Notes: generated by a model from the letters alone, not told the origin. DNA of 64,000 nt from an uncultured cyanobacterium (GCA_963719515.1 CAVRCJ010000015.1:100435-164434); one strand, 5' to 3'; shown: positions 19,016 to 28,562, counted from the stretch's first letter. Numbers and translations are program-made.

Positions 19016-20650
19016 ATGCTACCGGTTAAGAAAGAAACTCAGCCGCTGCTGCTCAGCGACGGCACCCGCCTTGACGCCGACATCTACACCCCTGACAAGA
19101 GCGGCACCTTTCCCGTGCTGCTGATGCGTCAACCCTACGGCAGAGCGATCGCCTCCACGGTGGTCTACGCCCATCCCCGCTGGTACGCGGCCCAGGGCTA
19201 CATTGTGGTCATCCAAGACGTACGGGGGCGGGGCAGTTCGGAGGGCGCGTTTGATCTATTTGCCCACGAAATAGAAGACGGCGCAGAAACGGTGGCCTGG
19301 GCGGCCCGGCTGCCCCAAAGCACCGGAGAGGTGGGCATGTACGGCTTTTCCTACCAGGGCATGACCCAGCTGTTTGCCGCCGCCGCCCGCCCGCCCGCGC
19401 TCAAGACCCTTTGTCCCGCCATGGTGGCCTACGACCTACGGAATGACTGGGCCTACGAAGGTGACGCCTTTTGTCTGCAGGCCAGCTATGGCTGGGCCGT
19501 GCAGCTCGCCGCCGAAACCGCGCGTCGCCAGGGCCACCGAGATGCCTACCAGGCTCTATACACCGCTGCCCGGACTCCCCTGTCTTGCGATCCAGTCTGC
19601 GCTCGCTCTGCCCTGCTCAACCAGCTGGCGCCCGACTCCTTCTACCACGACTGGCTCGCCCCACCGGCAGACGACTACTGGCAGCGGCGATCGCCCTATC
19701 ACTACATCGACGCGATCGCCCAGATGGACCTGCCCATGCTGCACATCGGCGGCTGGTACGACACCTATCTGCGCGGCACCCTGCGGCTTTACCGGGAGCT
19801 AGCCGCCTGCAGCACCCAGCCCCAGCACCTGTGGGTGGGGCCATGGCCCCATATTCCCTGGGGTCGCCGGGTGGGGGAGCTGGACTTTGGCCCTGAGGCC
19901 GCCAATCCTGTAGACCGGCTGCAGCTGCGCTGGTTTGACCAGTTTCTCAAGGGTAAGGACACCGGACTCCTAGGCGAAGCCCCTGTACACCTGTTCGAGA
20001 TGGGAAGCAACCGGTGGCGATCGCTGCCCCAGCTCCCCGACCCACAGCCCGCAACCTACTGGCTCACCTCAGATGGCCTAGCGGGCTTAAACGAACACAG
20101 CGGCAGGCTGAAATCCACGCCACCAGAGGCGGAGGGTCTGGCCGATGTTTTGGTCCACGACCCCTGGCGACCGGTGCAGGCTGTGGGGGGACATGCGGTC
20201 TTCCCCGCTGGGCCCTCTGACCGGGCGGCCCTAGACAGCCGCGCCGACGTGCTGACCTACACGCTGCTTCTGGAGCAGGATCTGCACATGGCAGGAATTG
20301 CCACCGCACAGCTCCACTGCTCTGCGGACGCCCCCAGCTTTGACCTCTGCGCAGTGCTGTCAGAGGTCTACCCCGACGGGCGGGTGTATCCGCTCGCCCA
20401 GGGCTACCGTCGCCTGCAGGAGCATAAAGGCGGCGCTGTATCCCTGACTCTCCAGCCTGTCGCCGCTTGCATAGCGGCGGGGCATGGCCTGCGTCTCAGC
20501 GTCAGCGGGGCCTGCTTTCCGGCCTATCCCGTGAACCCAGGGACAGGAGAGCCGATGACGGAAGGCCGCTTGATGGAGGCGAAGGTAATTACGGTATCGA
20601 TTTTTGGTGGGGGGCACTCTTGGCTAAAACTGCCGGTTGTGGATGGGTAG
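19016..20650 (+). CDS. CocE/NonD family serine hydrolase
   Basis: RQPYG, QDVRGRG.SEG, nucleophile GFSYQG, GGWYD and GPWPH. Confidence 0.9.
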   Translation: MLPVKKETQPLLLSDGTRLDADIYTPDKSGTFPVLLMRQPYGRAIASTVVYAHPRWYAAQGYIVVIQDVRGRGSSEGAFDLFAHEIEDGAETVAWAARLPQSTGEVGMYGFSYQGMTQLFAAAARPPALKTLCPAMVAYDLRNDWAYEGDAFCLQASYGWAVQLAAETARRQGHRDAYQALYTAARTPLSCDPVCARSALLNQLAPDSFYHDWLAPPADDYWQRRSPYHYIDAIAQMDLPMLHIGGWYDTYLRGTLRLYRELAACSTQPQHLWVGPWPHIPWGRRVGELDFGPEAANPVDRLQLRWFDQFLKGKDTGLLGEAPVHLFEMGSNRWRSLPQLPDPQPATYWLTSDGLAGLNEHSGRLKSTPPEAEGLADVLVHDPWRPVQAVGGHAVFPAGPSDRAALDSRADVLTYTLLLEQDLHMAGIATAQLHCSADAPSFDLCAVLSEVYPDGRVYPLAQGYRRLQEHKGGAVSLTLQPVAACIAAGHGLRLSVSGACFPAYPVNPGTGEPMTEGRLMEAKVITVSIFGGGHSWLKLPVVDG

Positions 20651-20654
20651 TTCC

Positions 20655-21182
20655 CTAAGGCCGTTCGACGTACCCCTGCAGGTTTTCCGGCTGAAAGGAC
20701 TGCAGGGTTAAGGTGGCCCGGTTTACCACAGCCTCGCCGCCTTGGGCGACCACGATATACTTGCCCTGGTTGAGGCGGTTGCGGTAGGCGATCGCATCGC
20801 CGCTGGCAGACGTCCAGCCCACTAGCCGGCCCGTCACGTAGGCTCCCATCCCTGCCGCTGCTGCCCCAAAGAGGCCGCCAATGACGTGGTTACCAAAGGC
20901 CCCAGCCCAGCTAATTAGGCGAATATCGGTGAGCAGGTTGAAGAGGTAACCCGCTCCGAACCCGAAGGGAATCAGCCAGGTCACCAGGCTGCTGGACTGC
21001 TTATCGGCCTCCTCGTCAGGGTCGATGAGGCCAAACTGGTCGGCGCTTTTGTAGCCGTCTCCAAGAATATCGATCTGGTCCATTGGCAGCCCCTGCTCCC
21101 GTAGAGCTTCGTGGGCCGCTTCCGCCTGCACCCGGTTGGAGAAGACGGCAACGAGGTAATTTGTGGGACTCTGAGTCTGCAT
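20655..21182 (-). CDS. Conserved hypothetical membrane protein
   Basis: YLVAVFSNRVQAEAA N-terminus, two Gly-rich hydrophobic segments, YRNRL..GKY. Confidence 0.7.
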   Translation of the reverse strand: MQTQSPTNYLVAVFSNRVQAEAAHEALREQGLPMDQIDILGDGYKSADQFGLIDPDEEADKQSSSLVTWLIPFGFGAGYLFNLLTDIRLISWAGAFGNHVIGGLFGAAAAGMGAYVTGRLVGWTSASGDAIAYRNRLNQGKYIVVAQGGEAVVNRATLTLQSFQPENLQGYVERP

Positions 21183-21420
21183 GGTGATTTGTTGTGAGAA
21201 GAATTTAAGGATAGTCACAGGCCGGCGCCGTCTCCAAAGCGCGGCTTCGCTCAGGAGATTTTCAGCTGCTTTGAGTTTGGCCCTATACTCAACTTGACGA
21301 TAACAGGCGCAATGCTGTAAAGGCATCTATCGTCTGTAGTGTGTCCGGCCGCTGCGCAGCGGCTCGCAGCGGCCCCCGATTATTACTCCTAACTCCCTCA
21401 TTACCCTAGGTGAGAAATCC

Positions 21421-21474
21421 AAAAAAAAATCCCCAGCTATGAAAGCCGGGGATTGGAATCAGGGTGCATCTACC
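21421..21474 (-). ncRNA. Candidate small RNA with intrinsic terminator
   Basis: Minus strand reads GGTAGATGCACCCTGATTCC, then hairpin ATCCCCGGCT-ttcat-AGCTGGGGAT and a T9 tract. No minus-strand gene lies upstream to terminate. Confidence 0.5.
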
Positions 21475-21547
21475 ATTCCTATCTACGCGGTTATGCTAGT
21501 CTGTCAGGACTGCTTTTATAAATTCCGTCAATATCGTGAGTCCCCTC

Positions 21548-23017
21548 ATGACCTCACTGCTTCTCAAACCCAACACCGACTTCGCTTCCAGCCTCGCCCA
21601 GGCCCTTACCAAAATTGACCTGCCCGCCGACTGGGTGGGGCTGCGGGGGGTACGGGAGCGCAGCAGTCACTACACCGTGCGCGACGGTAAGCCCCAAAAC
21701 AATGGGCGATCGCTGGAGCAGGGGGTGATGGTGGAGGTGATGGTGGACGGCCACATCGGCTACGGGGCCACCAACTCCTTCGAAGAGGGGCGGCTGCTAG
21801 AGGCGGCGGCCCTGGCCTACCAGCAGGCCAAGGCGGCCAGCGAGTGGGCCATTTACCCCGCGACTCTAGCGGCGCGGCCCCAGGTGATAGGCAACTATAG
21901 CTCCCCGGTGCAGCGATCGCTGTCGGCAATGTCTGCGGGCGAGGTCAATCAGCTGCTGGTGGACCTCTGCAGCCACATGGCGGTGTCCGACCGCATCGTT
22001 CAAACCCTGGCCAACGCCGTCACCACCGAGCGCGACACCTGGTTCGTCAGCAGCAACGGCTCCGACGTCTATCAGCGCATCGCTCTGATTCAAACCCACT
22101 TTGGCGTGGTGGCCCAAGAAGGTCCGGTGGTGCAGCCGCGCTCTCACAACGGCTTTCTTGCCCACTGCTACCAGGGCGGCTGGGAGCATGTGCCCAGCAC
22201 CCTAGCGCCCCAGGCCCGGCGCGTGGGGGAGCAGGCGGTGGAGTTGCTCAGCGCTGAGGACTGCCCCGACATCACCACCACCCTGGTGCTGGCCCCCGAC
22301 CAGATGATGCTGCAGATTCACGAGAGCGTCGGCCACCCGCTGGAGCTAGACCGCATCTTGGGCGACGAGCGCAACTACGCCGGGGGCAGCTTCGTCAAGC
22401 CCGCCGACTTCGGCCACCTGGACTACGGCTCGCCCCTGATGAACATCACCTTTGACCCCACCGTCGCCCACGAGTTTGCCAGCTACCAGTTCGACGACAC
22501 CGGGGCACCGGCCACCCGGGAGTATCTGATTCAAGAAGGCCGGCTGCTGCGGGGGCTTGGGAGCCTGGAAAGCCAGACCCGTCTGGGGGTGCCCGGGGTA
22601 GCCTGCGCGCGGGCCACCTCTTGGAATCGGCCCGCCATTGACCGGATGGCCAACATCAACCTGGAGCCCGGGGACGAGTCCTTTGAGGAAATTGTGGGCA
22701 ACATTGAGCACGGCGTCTACATGGAGGCCAACCGCTCCTGGTCTATCGACGACCAGCGCCACAAGTTTCAGTTTGGCTGCGAGTACGCCAAGCTAATCGA
22801 AAATGGTCAGGTAACCCGCACCCTGCGTAACCCCAACTACCGGGCCACCACCCCTCAGTTTTGGCATAGCTTGACCCACGTGGGCGATCGCGCCTCTTGG
22901 GAGGTGTACGGTACGCCCTACTGCGGGAAGGGGGAGCCTAACCAGGTAATGCGCGTCGGCCACGGTTCCCCGATCTGTGCATTTGACGCCATTGAGGTGT
23001 TTGGAGGAGAAGCATGA
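21548..23017 (+). CDS. tldD: TldD family metalloprotease
   Basis: HESVGH zinc motif, DRMAN, FQFGCE and CGKG. Confidence 0.9.
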   Translation: MTSLLLKPNTDFASSLAQALTKIDLPADWVGLRGVRERSSHYTVRDGKPQNNGRSLEQGVMVEVMVDGHIGYGATNSFEEGRLLEAAALAYQQAKAASEWAIYPATLAARPQVIGNYSSPVQRSLSAMSAGEVNQLLVDLCSHMAVSDRIVQTLANAVTTERDTWFVSSNGSDVYQRIALIQTHFGVVAQEGPVVQPRSHNGFLAHCYQGGWEHVPSTLAPQARRVGEQAVELLSAEDCPDITTTLVLAPDQMMLQIHESVGHPLELDRILGDERNYAGGSFVKPADFGHLDYGSPLMNITFDPTVAHEFASYQFDDTGAPATREYLIQEGRLLRGLGSLESQTRLGVPGVACARATSWNRPAIDRMANINLEPGDESFEEIVGNIEHGVYMEANRSWSIDDQRHKFQFGCEYAKLIENGQVTRTLRNPNYRATTPQFWHSLTHVGDRASWEVYGTPYCGKGEPNQVMRVGHGSPICAFDAIEVFGGEA

Positions 23018-24378
23018 TAGCAGCGGCCCCGTCTTCTGTTGAGTTTGCAGCGCGCCTAGAAGAGAGCTTTCGCCAGCTCTCGTCCGCCCTAATTGACGGA
23101 CTGAAGGTGGGAGAGCACCTCACGTTGGGCTTTGTGGGAGAGCAAAGCCAGTTCATTCGCTTCAACCGAGCCAAGATCCGCCAGGGCGGCATGGTCACCG
23201 ATGGTACTCTGTCCATTACGCTGATGGCCGGGGAGCGCACCCAAAGCTACTCTATCCCGGTGACGGGGCATACAGAGACCGATACTGCGCTGGCGCAGCA
23301 GGCGATCGCCACCCTACGGGAAGAGCTGCCCACCCTGCCCATCGACCCCTACCAGGTTCTGCCCCAGGGCAGCGCCACCAGCCACGACGTGCACCGAGGC
23401 CAGCTGCTAGACCCCGAGCAGGCCGCTAGCTCCATTCTCTCGGCGGTGCGCGACCTGGACTTTACCGGCCTCTATGCCGGGGGTGCAGCGGTGCGGGGCT
23501 ACGCTGACTCGGCGGGTCAGCGCCACTGGTTTGCCACCGATTCCTTCACCCTCGACTACTCGCTATTTACGCCAGAGGGCCGAGCCGTCAAAGGCACGGT
23601 GGCCGGGGATAGCTGGGACGAGGCCGGATATCGAGATAAGCTGAGCCGCTCGGTGCAGCAGCTTGCCGGCCTAGCGCAGGCTCCCCGCACCGTCGATCGG
23701 GGTGAGTACCGCACCTATCTGGCCCCCGCGGCGGTGGCAGACCTGCTGTCGATGCTGTCTTGGGGCGGGGTGAGCGAGGCGGCTTTGCAGCGGGGTAGCA
23801 GCGCGCTGGCGGCCCTGCAGCGCGGGGATAAAACCCTGTCCGACCAGTTTACCCTGGCGGAAAACTTTACCCATGGTCTGGTGCCCCGCTTCAACGAGCT
23901 GGGGGAGGCCGCGCCGGAGACCCTGCCGCTGATTGAGCGGGGTAGTTTGGTGAATACGCTGATTAGCTCCCGCACCGCTAAGGAATACGGTAAGCAATCC
24001 AACGGCGCGTCTGCCGGGGAAGGGCTGCGATCGCCCGATATGGCAGCGGGGACGCTGCCCCTCGACAAGGTGCTGGAGACCCTAGGCACTGGGCTATATT
24101 TATCGAACGTGCATTACCTCAACTGGAGCGATCGCCCCTCGGGGCGGGTCACGGGCATGACCCGCTACGCCTGCTTTTGGGTGGAGGACGGCGAGCTGGT
24201 GGCTCCGATTGAGAATCTGCGGTTTGACGAGAGCCTGTATAAGTTCTGGGGGGATAAGCTGCTGGCGCTGACGGAGACGCAGGAGTTTATCCCGGAGGTG
24301 GGCAGCTATGGTAACCGCGACTTAGGCGGCAGCTGGGTGCCGGGGATGCTGGTAGAAGGCTTTACATATACGCTGTAG
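23014..24378 (+). CDS. tldE: TldE/PmbA family partner subunit
   Basis: FIRFN and HYLNWSD...TGMTR, no HExxxH. ATGA overlap with tldD. Confidence 0.82.
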   Translation: MIAAAPSSVEFAARLEESFRQLSSALIDGLKVGEHLTLGFVGEQSQFIRFNRAKIRQGGMVTDGTLSITLMAGERTQSYSIPVTGHTETDTALAQQAIATLREELPTLPIDPYQVLPQGSATSHDVHRGQLLDPEQAASSILSAVRDLDFTGLYAGGAAVRGYADSAGQRHWFATDSFTLDYSLFTPEGRAVKGTVAGDSWDEAGYRDKLSRSVQQLAGLAQAPRTVDRGEYRTYLAPAAVADLLSMLSWGGVSEAALQRGSSALAALQRGDKTLSDQFTLAENFTHGLVPRFNELGEAAPETLPLIERGSLVNTLISSRTAKEYGKQSNGASAGEGLRSPDMAAGTLPLDKVLETLGTGLYLSNVHYLNWSDRPSGRVTGMTRYACFWVEDGELVAPIENLRFDESLYKFWGDKLLALTETQEFIPEVGSYGNRDLGGSWVPGMLVEGFTYTL

Positions 24379-24401
24379 GCGCGGGGCTTCCCGTCTAACA
24401 G
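24379..24401 (-). mobile_element. Truncated left-end remnant of the TTAG-type IS family
   Basis: Reverse complement TTAG|ctgttagacgggaagccccgcgc compared with TTAG|ctactagacaggaagccccgcgc at 10000. Confidence 0.65.
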
Positions 24402-24435
24402 CTAAAGGTTAACGGTACTCGCGTTCCCGTGAACT

Positions 24436-25401
24436 ATGACCACATCTATGCCAAACCCTAACCTCAGCGTCCATCACACCATCCATTCCCACCAGTCTCA
24501 CTGCGGCTGGGACCATTCCCTGCCGCCGCAGCTGACGATCGCCCCCGGCGAAACGGTGGAGATGGAGCTTAACGACGCCTCGGGGGGGCAGCTTACCCTA
24601 GACTCCACCGTGGCGGATGTCGACGCCTTCGACTTTGGCCGCACTAATCCGGTCACCGGCCCCATCTATATCGAGGGGGCTGAGCCGGGGGATGTGGTGA
24701 AGCTATTTATCCAGAACTTCAGCCCCTCCGGCTGGGGCTGGACCGCCATCTTCCCCGACTTCGGCCTGCTGGCGGACCAGTTCCCCGACACCGCTCTGCA
24801 GCTCTGGCGCTACGACGTAACGGCTAAGGGGGCGATCGCCGAAGGTCTGAGCGCCCGGATCCCCCTGAAGCCTTTCGCGGGCACCATCGGTCTGGCCCTG
24901 GCGGAACCGGGTCACCACAGCGTGGTGCCGCCCCGGCGGGTAGGGGGCAACATGGACATCCGCGACCTGTCTTCGGGCAGCACACTGTACCTGCCGGTGG
25001 AGGTGGCCGGGGCGCTGCTCTCCATCGGCGACAGCCACGCGGCCCAGGGAGATGGAGAGGTGTGCGGCACGGCCATCGAGAGCCCGATGACGGCGGTGTT
25101 CACTATAGACCTGCTCAAAGACCACCCGATAAAATACCCCCACTTCGAGACCGCCGGTCCCGTCACCCGCCACCTAGACGCCAAGGGCTACTACGTCACC
25201 ACGGGCATCGCCCCCGATTTGATGATCGCTACCCGGGAGGCGGTGATGGCCATGATCGACTGGTTGGGTAAGGCCCACCAGATGGACGCCGCTGAAGCTT
25301 ACATGCTGTGCAGCGTCTGCGCCGACCTGAGGGTCAGCGAAATTGTAGACAAGCCCAACTGGGTGATGTCCTGCTATTTGCCCAAAATCGTGTTTGAGTG
25401 A
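24436..25401 (+). CDS. Acetamidase/formamidase family protein
   Basis: NPVTGPIYIEGAEPGD, GGNMD and GDSHAAQGDGEVCGTAIE. Confidence 0.92.
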   Translation: MTTSMPNPNLSVHHTIHSHQSHCGWDHSLPPQLTIAPGETVEMELNDASGGQLTLDSTVADVDAFDFGRTNPVTGPIYIEGAEPGDVVKLFIQNFSPSGWGWTAIFPDFGLLADQFPDTALQLWRYDVTAKGAIAEGLSARIPLKPFAGTIGLALAEPGHHSVVPPRRVGGNMDIRDLSSGSTLYLPVEVAGALLSIGDSHAAQGDGEVCGTAIESPMTAVFTIDLLKDHPIKYPHFETAGPVTRHLDAKGYYVTTGIAPDLMIATREAVMAMIDWLGKAHQMDAAEAYMLCSVCADLRVSEIVDKPNWVMSCYLPKIVFE

Positions 25402-25789
25402 CATCCTCCCGACGCTGACAGCAAGCTGTACAGCGCGGGCTTCCTCAGTGACTCCCAGCTATTGCCGAGACATATCCTGAGATAGGTTTATACTCCGCCT
25501 GATGCCCCACGGCAGAGTTTTGAATTTTCATCTCCGCGAGGGAGGATACGCACTATGTGTCGCAGATACATTTGCAAACTGAGGAACGGGTGACTTGCAG
25601 CTTTCGCCTACGGGCCCGTCACACTCTTTGCGGGGTGTATCACCTTGCTATCTCTATCATACCAACTGCTAGCCTCAGCGCTGAGCGCACTATCCGCTGT
25701 GCATCATTTTGCGGGCGCACTTCGGCTAGCGCGACTCTCATCCCGACGCTCACCCTGACGGGTAGAGCGCGGGGCTTCCTGTCTAGTCG
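25398..25789 (-). mobile_element. ORF-less mini-element with ends of the 10004-11486 TnpB element, 392 bp
   Basis: First ~60 nt are nearly identical to 10004-10062. Last ~120 nt are homologous to the tnpB 3' end/right end through ggatgTCAC. CTAA (=TTAG) at 25790-25793. Confidence 0.9.
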
Positions 25790-25922
25790 CTAACGAGGTC
25801 TCCCCGTATCAGCTTGGCAACGGTTTCGCGATCGCCTCCCCGCGATGCTGCATCTGATAGCGGGGGGCATCGTATTCACGCTGATTCGGCCTTAGCGCGG
25901 GCATCTGCGTCGCCGTCCGCCA

Positions 25923-26033
25923 ATTCCTATTATTGCGGGAGTGGTGCTGGTGACGGCGATCGGGATTGTGCTGGGGAATTTAGTAGCGGATTTGGTGATG
26001 CCGCTGGTGAACCCCTAGATTCGGCTGGGCTAG
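25923..26033 (+). pseudogene. C-terminal fragment of a DppB/OppB-type ABC permease
   Basis: Translates IPIIAGVVLVTAIGIVLGNLVADLVMPLVNP*IRLG, matching the N.L.D......DPRIR terminus, with an internal stop and no upstream body. Confidence 0.6.
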
Positions 26034-26207
26034 CGGAGCGTCTAGAAGGGCGATCGCCCAATCGCCAGCAGTTTATATTCCGAGGCCATGGCGGCAAACG
26101 AGACGAAGAACTGCCACAGGCCAGTGGGGTCAAGACAGGAACTCTAGGTGGCACTGCACTCGACCAGTGTGCCCGCTGAGGGTACCACCCTGCGAGTCAT
26201 TTTTGCG

Positions 26208-27086
26208 TTACCGGACTTCAGATCTCACTTCAGCTGCAGGTGGGCAGGATTGAGGGGCCGGCATCCTCTTCACCTTTGTTGCCAAACCGATACGCTCCAG
26301 CAGCTGAATGACGTGCCAAGTCAGGTCGATTTCCCACCAGCGCCAGCCCGTCTGAGCCGACCTGGGGAATTTGTGGTGATTGTTGTGCCAGCCCTCGCCG
26401 TAGGTCAAAACAGATACCCACCAAAGGTTACGAGCGTTGTCATCCGCCTCAAAATTGCGATACCCCCAGCAGTGCGCTGCCGAATTGACAAACCAAGTTG
26501 AATGCCACAGCAGCACCGCCCGAACAAAAACGCCGTAAATTACAAACGACGCTCCTCCCAGAGCATATAGGCACACGGCAAGCGCCACTTGCAGCAGTAG
26601 AAAGTAGCGGTTGAGCCACCGATAGTAGCCGTCACGGGCCAGGTCGGGCGCGTACTTGCTGTAGTGATCAAATTCAAGCGAGGTCGATTCTGGCCTGAGC
26701 ACCCAGACGATATGGCTCCACCAAAACCCGCGCTTGGCCGAGTAAGGATCCTTCTGCGAGTCTTCAGTGAACGCGTGATGCTTGCGGTGATTTCCGACCC
26801 AGAAGATTGGCCCGCCCTGCACCGCTAAAACTCCGATGGTGGCGATGCCGTATTCTAGCCACCGCGGAACCTGAAAGCTGCGGTGGCTCAGCAGCCGGTG
26901 ATAGCCCATGCAGATGCCGATACTGCCGAACAGCCAGTGAAGCACCAGGGCCACCCCCAATGCTGACCAGGAAAAGAACCAAGGGGCAAGTAGGGCAACT
27001 CCGTGACATGCCGCAAAGAAGATGACGCTGGGCCAGTTGATATCGTTTTTGCGCTGGGGCGCAATTGAAAGTGATGTTGAGGTCAT
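26208..27086 (-). CDS. desC: Delta-9 acyl-lipid desaturase
   Basis: His boxes HRLLSH, HRKHH and GEGWHNNHH. Confidence 0.9.
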   Translation of the reverse strand: MTSTSLSIAPQRKNDINWPSVIFFAACHGVALLAPWFFSWSALGVALVLHWLFGSIGICMGYHRLLSHRSFQVPRWLEYGIATIGVLAVQGGPIFWVGNHRKHHAFTEDSQKDPYSAKRGFWWSHIVWVLRPESTSLEFDHYSKYAPDLARDGYYRWLNRYFLLLQVALAVCLYALGGASFVIYGVFVRAVLLWHSTWFVNSAAHCWGYRNFEADDNARNLWWVSVLTYGEGWHNNHHKFPRSAQTGWRWWEIDLTWHVIQLLERIGLATKVKRMPAPQSCPPAAEVRSEVR

Positions 27087-27170
27087 ATTGCGTTAGAGAC
27101 CAAAGTCTAAGACGTCAGAATCAGAAATTCGAAGCGAGAAGCTTGTAAACAAGAAGTTTGCTATGCTTTG

Positions 27171-27235
27171 GCAAGTGCCACTTGCATAACGTGAGTCTAG
27201 CTCAAGTCAAAGAAAAAATGCAAGTGTCACTTGCA
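27171..27235. promoter_or_regulatory. Two palindromic operators GCAAGTG-N-CACTTGC
   Basis: 27171-27185 GCAAGTGCCACTTGC and 27219-27235 TGCAAGTGTCACTTGCA, between divergent desC and tetR. Confidence 0.8.
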
Positions 27236-27259
27236 CCTCGACAGCTCCGACCGGCAATT

Positions 27260-28432
27260 ATGACCGCCTCTCCCTCCCGCAAAAGACTTATCCAAGCTGC
27301 ATTTGAGCTTTTTCTTGCCCAAGGTGTGAGCCACACCACAACCCGGCAAATTGCGAACCTGGCCGAGGTCAACGAGGTCACCCTGTTTCGTAACTTTGGG
27401 AATAAGTATGGATTGCTGCAGGCCGTCATTGAAGAAGCGCCGACATTTCAGTCACTCAGCGAAGCGCTAATTCGGCAGGCGGAGCAGACACCTGATACGC
27501 GCCAGGCTCTCAGGCAATATGCAGGCGACGCGCTGCAGATCTTAGAGCAGGCTCCTGCCTTTGTGCGATCGCTCATAGGCGAAGCCGACCAGTACCCCGA
27601 GGCCAGCCGTCAAGCGCTAGGCCATCGTCTCGGGGAAGCAAGCCGCTATGTCGGTCAGTACCTGCAGGCTCTGCCCCTCGGCCAGCCGCCTCAAAAACTA
27701 GCTGGCTTTTTAAGTACCCTACTGATTGGCTATGTGGTGATTGAATCTACCAGCAGCAACCACTCGCTTTGGGACGATCGAGAGGATTTTTTGTCGGGGC
27801 TGGTGGACCTGCTGCTGGGGGCGATCGCCACCGCCCCCCCATCCAATCCCTCATCACCCCTCAGCAAAGCCCAGCGCATAGAAGACCTACCCGCTCCTTG
27901 GGTCCACCAAATCTTGCAGCAGGCCAAAGCCGCAGGCCCACAGGACTTTGCTTTGGCCTATGTGCTATTTGGCGCTGGCCTAACGCTAAGCGAGGTCGTG
28001 CCTTTGAGGCGATCGCACCACCTCAGCGATAAATCTCAGCATACGCTGCGAGTTGGCGATCGCCAGGTTCCTATTAACCAGTGGATTTTAGGAAAGCGCT
28101 ACGGCTCTTACACCAGCAATCCGCTGACCAAGTGGTTGAAGAGCCGCAAGGATGACCAGTCACCCCTATTTCTCAGCGATTTAGAAGCGCCCCTGCCGCT
28201 CAGCGATATTCAACAGCGATGGCGTAGTTGGACAGAATCTCTTCAGGTTCCAGCGCTTCCGCAGCAGGCGAAGCAAACCTGGTGCGTCGCGATGCTCATG
28301 CGCGGCGTAACGGTGGAAAACCTCAGTCTTCTCTCGGGCTGGGACGCCGAGCAGCTAGAGCCCTACGTGCAGCGCGCTAGGGAAAAGTCGGCGCTAGAGC
28401 AGGCGCGATCGCTCGACCAGAAGAACCCTTAA
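27260..28432 (+). CDS. TetR family regulator with C-terminal tyrosine-recombinase-like domain
   Basis: HTH TTTRQIANLAEVNEVTLFRNFGNK. C-terminal LFGAGLTLSEV, QTWCVAML and LSGW...PYV. Confidence 0.82.
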   Translation: MTASPSRKRLIQAAFELFLAQGVSHTTTRQIANLAEVNEVTLFRNFGNKYGLLQAVIEEAPTFQSLSEALIRQAEQTPDTRQALRQYAGDALQILEQAPAFVRSLIGEADQYPEASRQALGHRLGEASRYVGQYLQALPLGQPPQKLAGFLSTLLIGYVVIESTSSNHSLWDDREDFLSGLVDLLLGAIATAPPSNPSSPLSKAQRIEDLPAPWVHQILQQAKAAGPQDFALAYVLFGAGLTLSEVVPLRRSHHLSDKSQHTLRVGDRQVPINQWILGKRYGSYTSNPLTKWLKSRKDDQSPLFLSDLEAPLPLSDIQQRWRSWTESLQVPALPQQAKQTWCVAMLMRGVTVENLSLLSGWDAEQLEPYVQRAREKSALEQARSLDQKNP

Positions 28433-28490
28433 TAGGAACGCAAGCGACGGCGGCTTGAATTTCGCTTAAATCTATTTGCTTGAACTTAAA

Positions 28491-28562
<72 letters not shown>

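Noticed and set aside
27158..27259. N-terminal extension of TetR
   Set aside because: Covers the operator palindromes. The HTH-proximal ATG 27260 is more plausible.
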